From an uncultured Gemmatimonadales bacterium (GTDB lineage: Bacteria; Gemmatimonadota; Gemmatimonadetes; Gemmatimonadales; GWC2-71-9), in the NCBI GenBank assembly GCA_963748815.1, contig CAVVKJ010000010.1, positions 352,001 through 416,000 of the forward strand: 64,000 bases of DNA, read 5' to 3'. Every line of letters starts with the position of its first letter. Within the stretch, counting starts at the first letter, position 1. Both the position numbers and the translations under genes were made by a program. Below are positions 51,877 through 61,294 of the stretch, piece by piece. Below the pieces are notes generated by a model that worked only from the letters and a program-made list of their open reading frames with translations, ran no database searches and had not been told where the DNA came from.

Positions 51877-53253
51877 TTACGTGGTGTGCCCGTGGTCATC
51901 GATGATGACGCGTCCCATGCGGGCCTGCAATCGGTGCCGGACCCTGCCGAGCAGGATGACGGCGACCGCCGCCAAACCGAACACAAGCCCCCACCAGAGA
52001 CCGCGGGCACCCATGCCCGCCTGGAAGCAGAGGAAGAGGCCTGATGGAATACCTACGATCCAGAAGCCTATCACGTTGATGATCATGGGCGACCGAGTGT
52101 CGCCGAGCCCCCGCAGGACCCCGCCAGCCACGACCTGGATCCCGTCGAACACCTGGAAGATGCCGGCCAGCGGGAGGAGTGCGGCGGCCATGACCAGGAC
52201 GGCATCGGCGTTGGTGTAGAGGCCGGCGAGCGAACGCGGAATGGTCAGGAAGAGCGTCGCTGTGATGAGCATGAAGGTCGCGCCGACCATGAGGGCGGTC
52301 CGGGCGGAGCGGCGGGCGCCGAGGGGGTCGCCCCGGCCGACGGCCTGGCCGACGAGGACCGCGACCGCGGCGGAGACGCCGAGGGGCACCATGTAGGTGA
52401 GGGAGGCGAGATTCAGCGCCACCTGGTGTCCCGCCATCTGGTTGGTCCCGAGGCGGCCCATCATCACGCCGGTGAGGCCGAAGGCGCCGTACTCCAGCTC
52501 GAACTGGGCACCGATGGGGGCGCCGAGTCGGAGCATGCGCCCGAGCGGGGCAAGCCGCAGCACCTCGGGTCGGATGGGGAGGAGGTGATGCCGGAGTGCG
52601 GGCCAGCTGAGCCCGAGGAGGACGAGCGCCATGACCCACCGGCTGCCGGTGGTCGCGATGGACGATCCGGCCACGCCGAGGGGCGGCACGCCGAGATGTC
52701 CGTAGACCAGGATCCAGTTGAGGAAGACGTTCAGCAGGTTGGCGGCGACGATGGTGATGACGATGGCGCGCAGCCGGCCCATCGCCTGCAGCGTCTGGCG
52801 CAGGACGGCGTAGACGAGGAACGGCAGGACGCCGGGAATCACGAGCCGGGCATAGGTGGCGGCGAGGGGCACCACGTCGGCGGGTTGCTCGAGCCACTGA
52901 AAGACCGCCCCGGCGGGCCAGAGGAGTAGCATCGCCGGAATGGAAAGGAAGAGGGCGAGCAGCAACCCGCGCTGGACGCCGCGCGCGATCGCGGCGTCGT
53001 CCCGGGCGCCGACGGCCTGGGCAATGATGGGGTCGAGCCCCATCAGGACGCCCATGCCGAAGATGGCCACGGCAAAGAAGTAGAGGTTGCCGAGGGCGAC
53101 GGCGGCGAGGGCGGCGGGCGAGACGTGCCCTACCATCAGCGTGTCCACCACGCCCATGAGCATCATCCCCACCTGGACGGTGACGACCGGCACCGCCAGC
53201 GTGAGGAGCGCCCGCAGTTCTTCACGGGTCGGGAGGAGGGACAGGGTCGACAT
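51877..53253 (-). CDS. MATE family efflux transporter (NorM-like)
   Basis: LA.PV, VDT.MVGH, N.LN..LNW.L.YG, G.AG..IAT, LG.PIG, HQ.ALN, FQ.FDG.Q....G.LRG.GDT. Confidence 0.92.
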   Translation of the reverse strand: MSTLSLLPTREELRALLTLAVPVVTVQVGMMLMGVVDTLMVGHVSPAALAAVALGNLYFFAVAIFGMGVLMGLDPIIAQAVGARDDAAIARGVQRGLLLALFLSIPAMLLLWPAGAVFQWLEQPADVVPLAATYARLVIPGVLPFLVYAVLRQTLQAMGRLRAIVITIVAANLLNVFLNWILVYGHLGVPPLGVAGSSIATTGSRWVMALVLLGLSWPALRHHLLPIRPEVLRLAPLGRMLRLGAPIGAQFELEYGAFGLTGVMMGRLGTNQMAGHQVALNLASLTYMVPLGVSAAVAVLVGQAVGRGDPLGARRSARTALMVGATFMLITATLFLTIPRSLAGLYTNADAVLVMAAALLPLAGIFQVFDGIQVVAGGVLRGLGDTRSPMIINVIGFWIVGIPSGLFLCFQAGMGARGLWWGLVFGLAAVAVILLGRVRHRLQARMGRVIIDDHGHTT

Positions 53254-53276
53254 GGAAACCGGCAAAGGGAGTGGGA

Positions 53277-53350
<74 letters not shown>

Positions 53351-53493
53351 GCGATCCGTGGCGGCGTGGAGCGCTGTATGATAGTGTGCTGCCGTGCGAA
53401 CCGACAGCATCCGGGGTCGGCGCCGGGGAAACCTCCACTGCCGTCCGCCCGTACGGCCCCTGTCCCACGTCACCACACCTCACGGAGGCCCCG

Positions 53494-54243
53494 GTGCTCG
53501 TTCTGTCACTGACGCTCGCCCTGCTCACGGTTGCCCCCTCGGCGGCTCCCCTGCCCGATCCAGTCACCGGCGCGGAGGTGATCCGGATGATGCAGGCCAA
53601 GTACGCGGGCAAGTGGTACCAGACGCTGACCTTCGTCCAGGCCACCAAGCACGCCGACGGGTCCGTGGAGACGTGGTACGAGGCGATGCGGGTGCCGGGC
53701 GCCCTCCGGATCGACATCGCTCCGCTCTCGGCGCAGAGCGTCATTCTGTTCCGCAACGACTCCATCTACCGCTACGTGGGCGGCGAGCTCAAGCTGGCCC
53801 GCCCGCTGGTGCATCCCCTGCTGCTCCTCGGATTCGACGTCTACGGCCAGCCGCCGGAGAAGACGATCGCCACGCTGAATGGGCTGGGATACGACCTGTC
53901 GAAGGTGCGGAGCGGCAGCTGGCAGGGACGAAAGGTCTGGATTGTCGGGGCGGCGGCGGGCGACAGCACGACGACGCAGTTCTGGGTCGACCAGGAGCGG
54001 CTGGTGTTCGTGCGGAGCCTGGGAACGAATCCGCAGCGGCCGGGGGTCGTGACGGACGTGCAGTTCAACAAGTTCATCAAGGCGGGCCACGGCTGGATCG
54101 AGACCGAGGTGCTCTTCCTCGAAAATGGGGTCGTCACGCTGACCGAGGAGTACCGGGACGTGAAGGCGGACCCGACGCCGGCGCTCAACCCGGCCATCTT
54201 CGAACCGGGGGCCTACCTGGCGCCGGGGTGGGTCACGGAGTAG
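53494..54243 (+). CDS. Exported protein, possibly LolA-like fold
   Basis: GGAGG SD then GTG, signal peptide, WY.TLTF.Q, TWYE....PG.LRID, QFW.D.E.L. Confidence 0.7.
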   Translation: MLVLSLTLALLTVAPSAAPLPDPVTGAEVIRMMQAKYAGKWYQTLTFVQATKHADGSVETWYEAMRVPGALRIDIAPLSAQSVILFRNDSIYRYVGGELKLARPLVHPLLLLGFDVYGQPPEKTIATLNGLGYDLSKVRSGSWQGRKVWIVGAAAGDSTTTQFWVDQERLVFVRSLGTNPQRPGVVTDVQFNKFIKAGHGWIETEVLFLENGVVTLTEEYRDVKADPTPALNPAIFEPGAYLAPGWVTE

Positions 54244-54259
54244 CAGCCAAACCCGGTAG

Positions 54260-54288
54260 TTGCGCTCCGGGAGGGACTTAGGTACCTT
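54260..54288 (+). promoter_or_regulatory. Putative sigma70 promoter for csp, giving a leader of about 215 nt
   Basis: TTGCGC-17 nt-TACCTT. Confidence 0.4.
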
Positions 54289-54509
54289 TGTTCAGCGGTC
54301 GAAGCACGTATACGCGGAATGATTCCGAGTGAACGTTGGGGGCCCGGCTGCATGCTGTGGCCCCCCTTTTGTTGCCGAGACCGTTGGGAGCGACCGGGGA
54401 TGTCCCTGGCGCTGTCGCACCACCCTTCCCGTGAGGGCTTGTCACGGGGCAGTAGAAGTCGGTATACACGGCAACGCCGCGGTCCGATTCAAGAATATGG
54501 AGTACAGCA

Positions 54510-54722
54510 ATGCGTACCACCGGAACGGTGAAGTGGTTCAACGATGCGAAGGGCTTTGGATTCATCACTCCCGAGGGGGGCGCGAAGGATTGTTTCGTGC
54601 ACCACTCCGCCATCAGCGGCAGCGGCTTCAAGTCGCTGGCCGAGGGTGAAAAGGTGGAGTTCGATGTGGTCCAGGGCGCCAAGGGCCCGGCGGCCGAGAA
54701 CGTTACCCGCGCGGCTTCCTAA
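54510..54722 (+). CDS. csp: Cold-shock protein
   Basis: GTVKWFN..KGFGFI (RNP1), FVHHSAI (RNP2), GFKSL.EG, KGP.A.NV; GGAG SD. Confidence 0.96.
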   Translation: MRTTGTVKWFNDAKGFGFITPEGGAKDCFVHHSAISGSGFKSLAEGEKVEFDVVQGAKGPAAENVTRAAS

Positions 54723-55665
54723 GCACGGGCACACGACAGCTCTTGGACTGCATGGCGGCATGCCACATGTGCGGCGCGCCGACCGGCACCAGCAGGTTGA
54801 CGCGGTTGAACCGCTGCAGGATGGAGAAGACCGCGGTATGCGCCGGATCGGGGGCGGGCATCCCCTCGCTCCGCCCCGCCGCCTCCGGTTCGAAGGTCGG
54901 GTCGAGCTGGTACTCGAACCCCTCGCCCGGGAAGAGGGTGGCCAGCTGCCGGAGATCGGCCAGCGGGATGGGCGGCGGCACCGTCCGCAGCGAGATGAAC
55001 TCTTTCACGTTTGTCTTGTACACCGGGCGCTGTTTCCAGGGCCCGAGCGACTGGTCGATGTGGGCGTACACGCTGCCCGGCGTGATCTCCCCGGCCAGGT
55101 TCGCCGCCGCGCCGCTCAGCGCATCGACGAACAGCGTGGTGAAGACACCCCGGCCCCCGCTCTCCTTGGCGATCTGCGCCGTCGTGGCGGCCGTGAGAAT
55201 CGACATCCCATCCGACAACTGGGCGGTATCCTGTCCGGACAGGTTTCCCGCGACCCCCGAATGGCAGCTGTCGAGCACGATGATCGTGTTGCTCGACTTC
55301 GACCGATAGGCCAGCGTCATCACCTCCGAGAGCGCCAACCCCTCGTCCCCCTGCAGCGTGTCGCTGGAACAGAGGTAGCCTCCGCCGGTGTCCTCCACGT
55401 TGCCATGGCCGGCGTAATACAGCAGCGCGATCTCGTTGTCGTCGGCGAACAATTCGGTGACGGCCTTCTTCAGGTCGCGGCGGGAGATCGTCTCATCGGC
55501 GGTGCTCGCGGTCTGGAGGCGGACCGCGAAGTTCGGCGACCCGTCCCCGTGGGTCTCGAGGATCGTGGCGACCGCCTTGGCGTCGTTCACGCACCCGCTC
55601 AAACTGGGATAGTTGGGGAACTGGTAGTAGTCGATCCCGATGACAAGTGCCTTCCTGCGTCCCAT
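54703..55665 (-). CDS. Caspase-like (peptidase C14) protease, type IV Thoeris effector-like; C-terminus apparently truncated
   Basis: [30 protein letters not shown] (His), VLDSCHSG (Cys), GVFT..FVDAL.G, W.QRP..KTN, HMWHAAM.SKSC. Confidence 0.88.
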   Translation of the reverse strand: MGRRKALVIGIDYYQFPNYPSLSGCVNDAKAVATILETHGDGSPNFAVRLQTASTADETISRRDLKKAVTELFADDNEIALLYYAGHGNVEDTGGGYLCSSDTLQGDEGLALSEVMTLAYRSKSSNTIIVLDSCHSGVAGNLSGQDTAQLSDGMSILTAATTAQIAKESGGRGVFTTLFVDALSGAAANLAGEITPGSVYAHIDQSLGPWKQRPVYKTNVKEFISLRTVPPPIPLADLRQLATLFPGEGFEYQLDPTFEPEAAGRSEGMPAPDPAHTAVFSILQRFNRVNLLVPVGAPHMWHAAMQSKSCRVPVLRKPRG

Positions 55666-55702
55666 CCGCGCGTCCTCCCAAAGTGTGGTGTGCCCCGTTC
55701 GG

Positions 55703-57214
55703 CTAGGTCGCGGTCGGCGCTTCCGGCTGCAGGAGCGTCTTGCGGATCTTCTCGAAGAAGTCCGGCGTCTGGTCGACGATGCTGGTGTCCAGGTGCGAAT
55801 AGATGGTCGGGATGGCGGTGACGGTGGTCGCGACCGGGAGCAGCCCGAGCTTGCCGTCCATCTTGCGCTTGTAGGCGAGGTCGATCTCGTTCCGGCAGTG
55901 GTTCTTCCCGTAGTACTCGGGCGAGAAGACCGGCAGCACGAAGCGCGAGTCGACGATGGCCCACATGTACTTGGTCGTGAAGGGCTCCCCGATGCTGATC
56001 GATTCCCGGTCAAAGTAGATCGAGAGCGGCGTTCCGTCCGCCTTCCGCAGCGCCTTGAGCGGCTCCAGCAGGTTGGCCGCGACCCAGTCGTATTGCTGCC
56101 GGGAGTAGCTGATGAAGACATCGTACTGGCCGCTCCCCTCGGCCATCCCGGTCACCAGGAACTTCAGCGCGAAATGCGCCGCCAGGAACGCCGCGACCGC
56201 GATCGCCACGAGGGTGAGCCCCACCGGCGTGGCGAAGCCGAGCTGCCGGCCCGCGGCGGCGAGGGCTGCGAGCGCCGCCGCCGACAGGGTGCCCGACAGG
56301 ACGGCGGTGAGCCGTGGTGTGGTCTGAAGCCGCTTGACGTACTGGAAGAGCAGCGCGAAAATGGCGGCCGTGAGCGCGCCAAACACCAGGATCTGGGCGA
56401 GGAGGAGGACGGGCCGGTTATTGGGCTGGGGGACGCCCTCGGGAGTGAGCAGGGCGCTGAACGCCGACGCTACGACGAGCGGGCCGGCGACGGCCACCTG
56501 CCCCGGGCGATCCTCGTCGAGGCTCCCCACCAGCACAATGGCGTCGGCAAGGTCGAGGCCGGTCGTGTCGGCTCCCCGCAGGAACCGGCCGCCGGAGGTC
56601 ATGCCCGGCGCGTGCTCGAAACGCCAGGTCTGGGCGTTGATGGCCGATGAATCGGCCAGGGGTAGCACCAGGGACGCCCCGGTGGGGGGCGGCGTCCGGT
56701 TCCGGTCCGTGACGACCTTCACGGCCAGGGCCATCAGCGACATGCGCGAATCGTCGGGCAGTTTCAGTTCCAGCTTCGTGTCGTAGCTCAGCACGCCCAT
56801 GAACGGCGCGTTGATCTGGGTGTGGCCATAGCCGGTGAGATGTTCCTGGTAGAGGCTGGCCGCCTGATCCTCCCACACTTTCTCCCACGGGAGCAACATT
56901 CCACCGCCGCTCGCTTCCTGCGGGTCCACCACCGCATACACCGCCACTTCATTGCGCACGAGCGAGTCGACCGCCGCGGTCAGTTCGGCCAGCCCCCGCG
57001 CGTCGCTGGAGAACACGACGTCGAGCGCGACCGCGTCGGGGTGCCGCTGGCGGGCGGCGAGGTTGTTCAAGAGGTCGGCGAGCCGGAGCCGGAAGTCGGT
57101 CGGGTCGGCGTGGTCGCTGGCCGTGCGGATGCGGGGCACGTCGACCAGCACGATGCCGGGGGAGAACGGAATATTCTTTGGCAGGTAAAACCGGTGGTAG
57201 ACGGCGTAGTCCAC
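55703..57214 (-). CDS. CHASE2-like sensor, three TM helices and TIR domain; true 5' end probably lies further upstream (about 57300) and is frameshifted
   Basis: IVLVDV, LADLL..L....[18 protein letters not shown] (CHASE2-like); three hydrophobic helices; [28 protein letters not shown]....HCRNEI (TIR with catalytic-type Glu). Confidence 0.82.
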   Translation of the reverse strand: MDYAVYHRFYLPKNIPFSPGIVLVDVPRIRTASDHADPTDFRLRLADLLNNLAARQRHPDAVALDVVFSSDARGLAELTAAVDSLVRNEVAVYAVVDPQEASGGGMLLPWEKVWEDQAASLYQEHLTGYGHTQINAPFMGVLSYDTKLELKLPDDSRMSLMALAVKVVTDRNRTPPPTGASLVLPLADSSAINAQTWRFEHAPGMTSGGRFLRGADTTGLDLADAIVLVGSLDEDRPGQVAVAGPLVVASAFSALLTPEGVPQPNNRPVLLLAQILVFGALTAAIFALLFQYVKRLQTTPRLTAVLSGTLSAAALAALAAAGRQLGFATPVGLTLVAIAVAAFLAAHFALKFLVTGMAEGSGQYDVFISYSRQQYDWVAANLLEPLKALRKADGTPLSIYFDRESISIGEPFTTKYMWAIVDSRFVLPVFSPEYYGKNHCRNEIDLAYKRKMDGKLGLLPVATTVTAIPTIYSHLDTSIVDQTPDFFEKIRKTLLQPEAPTAT

Positions 57215-57325
57215 CCTGCGCCAGATGCCGGTCAGGGCGGCGAACGCCGAGACCGCAGTCGCAGGATGAATGCAGCCGGTCCGACGTCAGTCGGGCCGGC
57301 TGTTTTCGTTGGGGCGTGTCGCCCT

Positions 57326-57925
57326 TCAGAACACCGTCAATCCGACCCCGAACCCGACGTCCCACTGCGTCATGTTGCCGCCCGCCGGGAAGAATCCATA
57401 CGCCGTCGCGTCGTCCTGGTGCGCGTACTGCACGAACGCGAACGGCGCGATGCCGAGGTTGCCCATCGAGAGGTCGATCCCCACGCCGAACTGCGCGCCG
57501 AAGCCGTGGGCCTCGCTGCTGCGGACGCCATCGGCATCCTTCGAGCCGAGGTACTTCGAGCTGCCCGCCCCTCCCTTCACGAACGCACCGGAGGTGGGCC
57601 AGGGGTACCAGGCGACGGTCAGGAGGATCAGGGAGATGTCACCCTGGTTGCCCTGTCGGCTGATGGAGCCGAGTTCGAAGCCGACGGCCACGGCCGGCCA
57701 GGCATACCCGCCGACGAGATTAAAATTGGAGGCGATGCCGGCACCGGTGAACCGGCAGGAATCACAGGACTGGTCGAGGTTGCTCATCCCGAACGTCGCG
57801 CGGCCCCACAAACCGCGGGGGCGGAGCTGATCCTGGGCCATGGCAGTCGAGACGGAACCGAGGATGAGGCCGGCCAAGAGGCCGGTGAACACCGCGGCCC
57901 GGGCGATGCGGGCTGGTGGCCTCAC
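57326..57925 (-). CDS. Outer-membrane beta-barrel protein
   Basis: Signal peptide ending AMA-Q, alternating Gly/aromatic strands, C-terminal GVGLTVF with terminal Phe. Confidence 0.75.
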   Translation of the reverse strand: MRPPARIARAAVFTGLLAGLILGSVSTAMAQDQLRPRGLWGRATFGMSNLDQSCDSCRFTGAGIASNFNLVGGYAWPAVAVGFELGSISRQGNQGDISLILLTVAWYPWPTSGAFVKGGAGSSKYLGSKDADGVRSSEAHGFGAQFGVGIDLSMGNLGIAPFAFVQYAHQDDATAYGFFPAGGNMTQWDVGFGVGLTVF

Positions 57926-58278
57926 CGGCGCGCCCGTGCGCGGAACACGACGATCCGCTTGATCAGGTCGAGGGGAATCGGCTCGTCGTGGGGAAATTGG
58001 ACGGTCCCCTTCCCTCCGCCGTACCTCGCCAGCTCACGCTTGAAGCCCGGTTCCCCGCGGGGCGCGGGGTAGAGGCCGATGTGGTTGGCGTGCGCGGCAA
58101 AATAGACCACGATGCGTCCCTGCTTGTAGGCGGGAATGCCGTAACTGAGCAGTTCGATCGCCTCGGGTGCGGCGGCGCGGACCGCCTTGCGGACCGCTCG
58201 GAGCCGCGCACGGACGGCCGGGGGAAAGCCGGCGATGTAGGCATCCACCCCTTTCCGGTCCTCACGGGGCGTCCTCAC
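57922..58278 (-). CDS. DUF1801 (YdhG-like) protein
   Basis: VDAYIA.FP, P.A.E..SYGIPAY, YFAA..NHIGLYP, KGTVQFP...PIP. Confidence 0.88.
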   Translation of the reverse strand: MRTPREDRKGVDAYIAGFPPAVRARLRAVRKAVRAAAPEAIELLSYGIPAYKQGRIVVYFAAHANHIGLYPAPRGEPGFKRELARYGGGKGTVQFPHDEPIPLDLIKRIVVFRARARR

Positions 58279-58805
58279 GGTGCCGGGGCTCCACAGAGCC
58301 GCGCGGCGCGCTGGACGACCGAAGCGATGAGACGGGCGGCGTCGATGTCGGCGGCGGGAATGGTGGCCAGGTACGACCGCAGTTCCCCGCGGCTCGTGGT
58401 GGTGGTGAACGGAAAGCTGTCCGGTGCCCGGGCGGGAATCGTGACGAAGTACTGGCCGGGAATGTAGATGAAGTCGTGGTAGCCGTCGGGGCGAGAGACC
58501 CCTCGCACCCCTCCGGTCTCCACATCCTTCAACGGCACCTGCATCGTGGTCCGCGTGCCGGAGACACCGGCATTGTCGGTCACCACGATGGTCAGGCGGC
58601 AGTCATGCATGGCGAGCGTGGCCTTGGCGGTCAGGTCGATCCGCCGAACGTTGGTGGTGGCCGTCTCGTCACTCGAACTGACCGCGAGGTCGGTGCCGTC
58701 CCGCTCCAGCCAGCGGGCGGTCTCCTCCAGGGTCATGTCGGACTGGGCGGCGAGGGGGCCGACCATCAACGCCACCAGGCACCCGCCGGCCACGGCACAC
58801 CGCAT
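58275..58805 (-). CDS. Hypothetical exported protein
   Basis: Signal peptide (LAA-Q), TLEET..WL motif; stop/start overlaps with both neighbours. Confidence 0.65.
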   Translation of the reverse strand: MRCAVAGGCLVALMVGPLAAQSDMTLEETARWLERDGTDLAVSSSDETATTNVRRIDLTAKATLAMHDCRLTIVVTDNAGVSGTRTTMQVPLKDVETGGVRGVSRPDGYHDFIYIPGQYFVTIPARAPDSFPFTTTTSRGELRSYLATIPAADIDAARLIASVVQRAARLCGAPAP

Positions 58806-59776
58806 CACCGGATGACCGTCTCCTCGACGGCGTCGAGCAGCCATCCCATCTGCCGGGCGCTGTTCGTGGTCATGGTGAACGACCGCTCGCCCCGCCGCTC
58901 CAGGTTGAACTCCTTGAGGTTCGCGATGGAGTCCACGATGCTGTCGGCAAAGCTCCGCCGCAGCATGAACTCGACCTTGTAGGGCCGCTTCATCGTGAAG
59001 GGCGCAAATTCGCCGTTCTTCTCCCGGCGCACCGCCTCGGCAGCCCCCGCTTCCAGCATCGCCTGTACGTGGGCCGGGCTGTAGGTGATCGCCGCGTTCC
59101 GCCCCATCGCCACCTTGGTGACGACGGCGACGAAGCCATCGGGAAGCATCTTCTGCGTCTCCGCGATCAGGACGTCGTCCCCGCTGACCAGCGACACCGA
59201 CACCCCGACTTCGCCGGCAATCAGCGCGTTGATGCCGACCTCGTTCAGCACCTTCCCGTTCACCGTGAAGGAGTCGAACGCGAAGTTGTGCGGCATCACC
59301 CCCCGGCTGCCGGCGTTGGCGTGGGCGCCGGTGAACATCATCGTGCCGAAGGTGCTGTCGATGCCGGTGACCATCACCAGCGGCTTCGGGAAGCCCCGGA
59401 TGAGAAGTGCCTGCTGGTCGAGCTCCCAGGGGAGAACGTTGGCGAAGCGGTTCCCGCCGTGCCCCTCGTTGACCACGAAGCTCTGCGCCCCCGCCGACCG
59501 CGCGCCGCGAATGGTGGCGTTCACTTCGGCCGTGACCAGTTTCCGGAAGCCATCCCAGTAGTCGGGGCCGGTGAGGTTCTTGTAGTTGGGTCCCTCGTTC
59601 CCGGCGATGACCTCGTAAATGCTCACCGTGCTCCCCATCCCCTCCATGTCGGGCACGAGGAAGACCCGGAAGCCGGGTTCGAAGGGAATCGTCTTGTCAC
59701 GATACGGGGCGGAACCGGACTGGGCCTGCACGACGGAGGCGAGGCAGAGAAGCGCGGGCACGAGGAGGCGTCGCAT
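58805..59776 (-). CDS. M55 family (DppA-like) D-aminopeptidase with signal peptide
   Basis: DMEG, T.EVNA...GA...GA, NEGHG, HA.AG, PHNF, NE..INA, SGDD; N-terminus MRRLLVPALLCLASVVQA. Confidence 0.85.
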   Translation of the reverse strand: MRRLLVPALLCLASVVQAQSGSAPYRDKTIPFEPGFRVFLVPDMEGMGSTVSIYEVIAGNEGPNYKNLTGPDYWDGFRKLVTAEVNATIRGARSAGAQSFVVNEGHGGNRFANVLPWELDQQALLIRGFPKPLVMVTGIDSTFGTMMFTGAHANAGSRGVMPHNFAFDSFTVNGKVLNEVGINALIAGEVGVSVSLVSGDDVLIAETQKMLPDGFVAVVTKVAMGRNAAITYSPAHVQAMLEAGAAEAVRREKNGEFAPFTMKRPYKVEFMLRRSFADSIVDSIANLKEFNLERRGERSFTMTTNSARQMGWLLDAVEETVIR

Positions 59777-59801
59777 CAAAACTCCGGGAAGGTGGTGAAT
59801 G

Positions 59802-61229
59802 TCAGCGGTCACCGAGCACCAGCAGCCTGAGCTCGGTCATTTCGTCCATCGCGTAGCGAACCCCTTCCCTCCCCAGTCCCGATGCCTTGACCCCGCCATA
59901 GGGGGCGTGGTCCACCCGGAAGCCTGGGACGTCGTTGACCACCACGCCGCCGACCTCGAGCCGCTCAAAGGCCCGAAGGATGCGCCGCATGTCGTGCGTG
60001 AAGAGCCCCGTCTGGATGCCGTAGGGGGAGTCGTTCACCTCGGCGATGGCGGCGTCGAAGTCGGCGTACGGCCGGACGGTGGTGACGGGGGCGAAGACTT
60101 CCTCACAGTTGACCCGCATGGCACCGGTGGTGTCGAGCAGCACCGTCGGCTGGAGCACCGCGCCGTCACGCTGGCCGCCCACGGCCACTCGCGCCCCCGC
60201 CGCGGCGGCCTCCGCGATCCACTGCACCGCCCGCTCGGCGTTGGCCTCGTCGATCATGGGGCCGACATCGGTGGCTTCGACCATCGGATCGCCGGTGCGG
60301 AGGGCGCCGACCGCGGCCACGAGGCGTTTGGTAAAGTCGGCGTACAACGACTCGTGCACCAGGATCCGCTGGGTCGAGATGCAGGACTGGCCGGCGTAGA
60401 GGTATCCGCCGCTGACGCAGCGGCTCACGGCGTGGTCGAGGTCGGCGTCGGGCTCGATGACGACGGCAGCGTTGCCGCCCAGCTCGAGCGCCACGCGCTT
60501 GGTGGAGGCGCGCTGCCGGATGGCCCAGCCGACGCGCGCGGAGCCGGTGAAGGTCACCATGCGGATGCGCGGGTCGTCGATGAGCGGGGCGGCCACCTCG
60601 TTGGTGCACGGGAGAATGGAGAGGGCGCCGGCTGGGTAGCCGCAGTCCGCCAGGAGCTCGCCGAGGAGCAACGTGGAGAGCGGATCCTGCGGGGGAGGCT
60701 TGAGGATCATGGTGGCGCCGCAAGCGATGGCGGGCGCCAGCTTGTGCGCGGCGAGGAGCACCGGAAAGTTGAACGGGGTGATGGCGGCGATGGGGGCGAG
60801 CGGGAAGCGGCGGGTGATGCCCCAACGCCGTTCGCCGTGGGGCTGGAGATCCATGGGGATCACCTCCCCGCCCATCCGTGTGGCTTCTTCCGCGCCCTGC
60901 TGGAAGACGAAGATCGCCCGGTTGAGCTCTGCCCGGGCCAGGCCGAGGGGCTTCCCTGCCTCGGCGGCAAGCAGTCGGGAGAACTCCTCGTGCCGCTCCG
61001 TGAGCCCGGTCACGATGCGGTGGAGGACGGTGGCCCGGGCGTGGGAGGGGAGCGCGGCGGCTTCCGGGGCGGTCGTGACGGCGGCGGCAATGGCGGACTC
61101 GACATCCGCCGGGCTGGCCTGTGCCGCGCCGCCGATCCGGTTCCCGGAGAATGGACTGCGAATCTCGGTCACATCCACGCCTGCCTGTACCGTTCCGGCG
61201 AGCAGGAGACCGTAGCGCTGATGGGTCAT
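59802..61229 (-). CDS. Aldehyde dehydrogenase family protein
   Basis: ITPFNFP, HK.APA, FTGS, LELGGN, GQSCIS, EEVFAP, PYGGVK.SG.GREG; start ATG 61229. Confidence 0.93.
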   Translation of the reverse strand: MTHQRYGLLLAGTVQAGVDVTEIRSPFSGNRIGGAAQASPADVESAIAAAVTTAPEAAALPSHARATVLHRIVTGLTERHEEFSRLLAAEAGKPLGLARAELNRAIFVFQQGAEEATRMGGEVIPMDLQPHGERRWGITRRFPLAPIAAITPFNFPVLLAAHKLAPAIACGATMILKPPPQDPLSTLLLGELLADCGYPAGALSILPCTNEVAAPLIDDPRIRMVTFTGSARVGWAIRQRASTKRVALELGGNAAVVIEPDADLDHAVSRCVSGGYLYAGQSCISTQRILVHESLYADFTKRLVAAVGALRTGDPMVEATDVGPMIDEANAERAVQWIAEAAAAGARVAVGGQRDGAVLQPTVLLDTTGAMRVNCEEVFAPVTTVRPYADFDAAIAEVNDSPYGIQTGLFTHDMRRILRAFERLEVGGVVVNDVPGFRVDHAPYGGVKASGLGREGVRYAMDEMTELRLLVLGDR

Positions 61230-61294
61230 GCCGTAGTCTACCGTGGCCCGGGGCGGGCGCAAGCTTGCCCGGGAGGCAACCCGCTGGCGAGACG

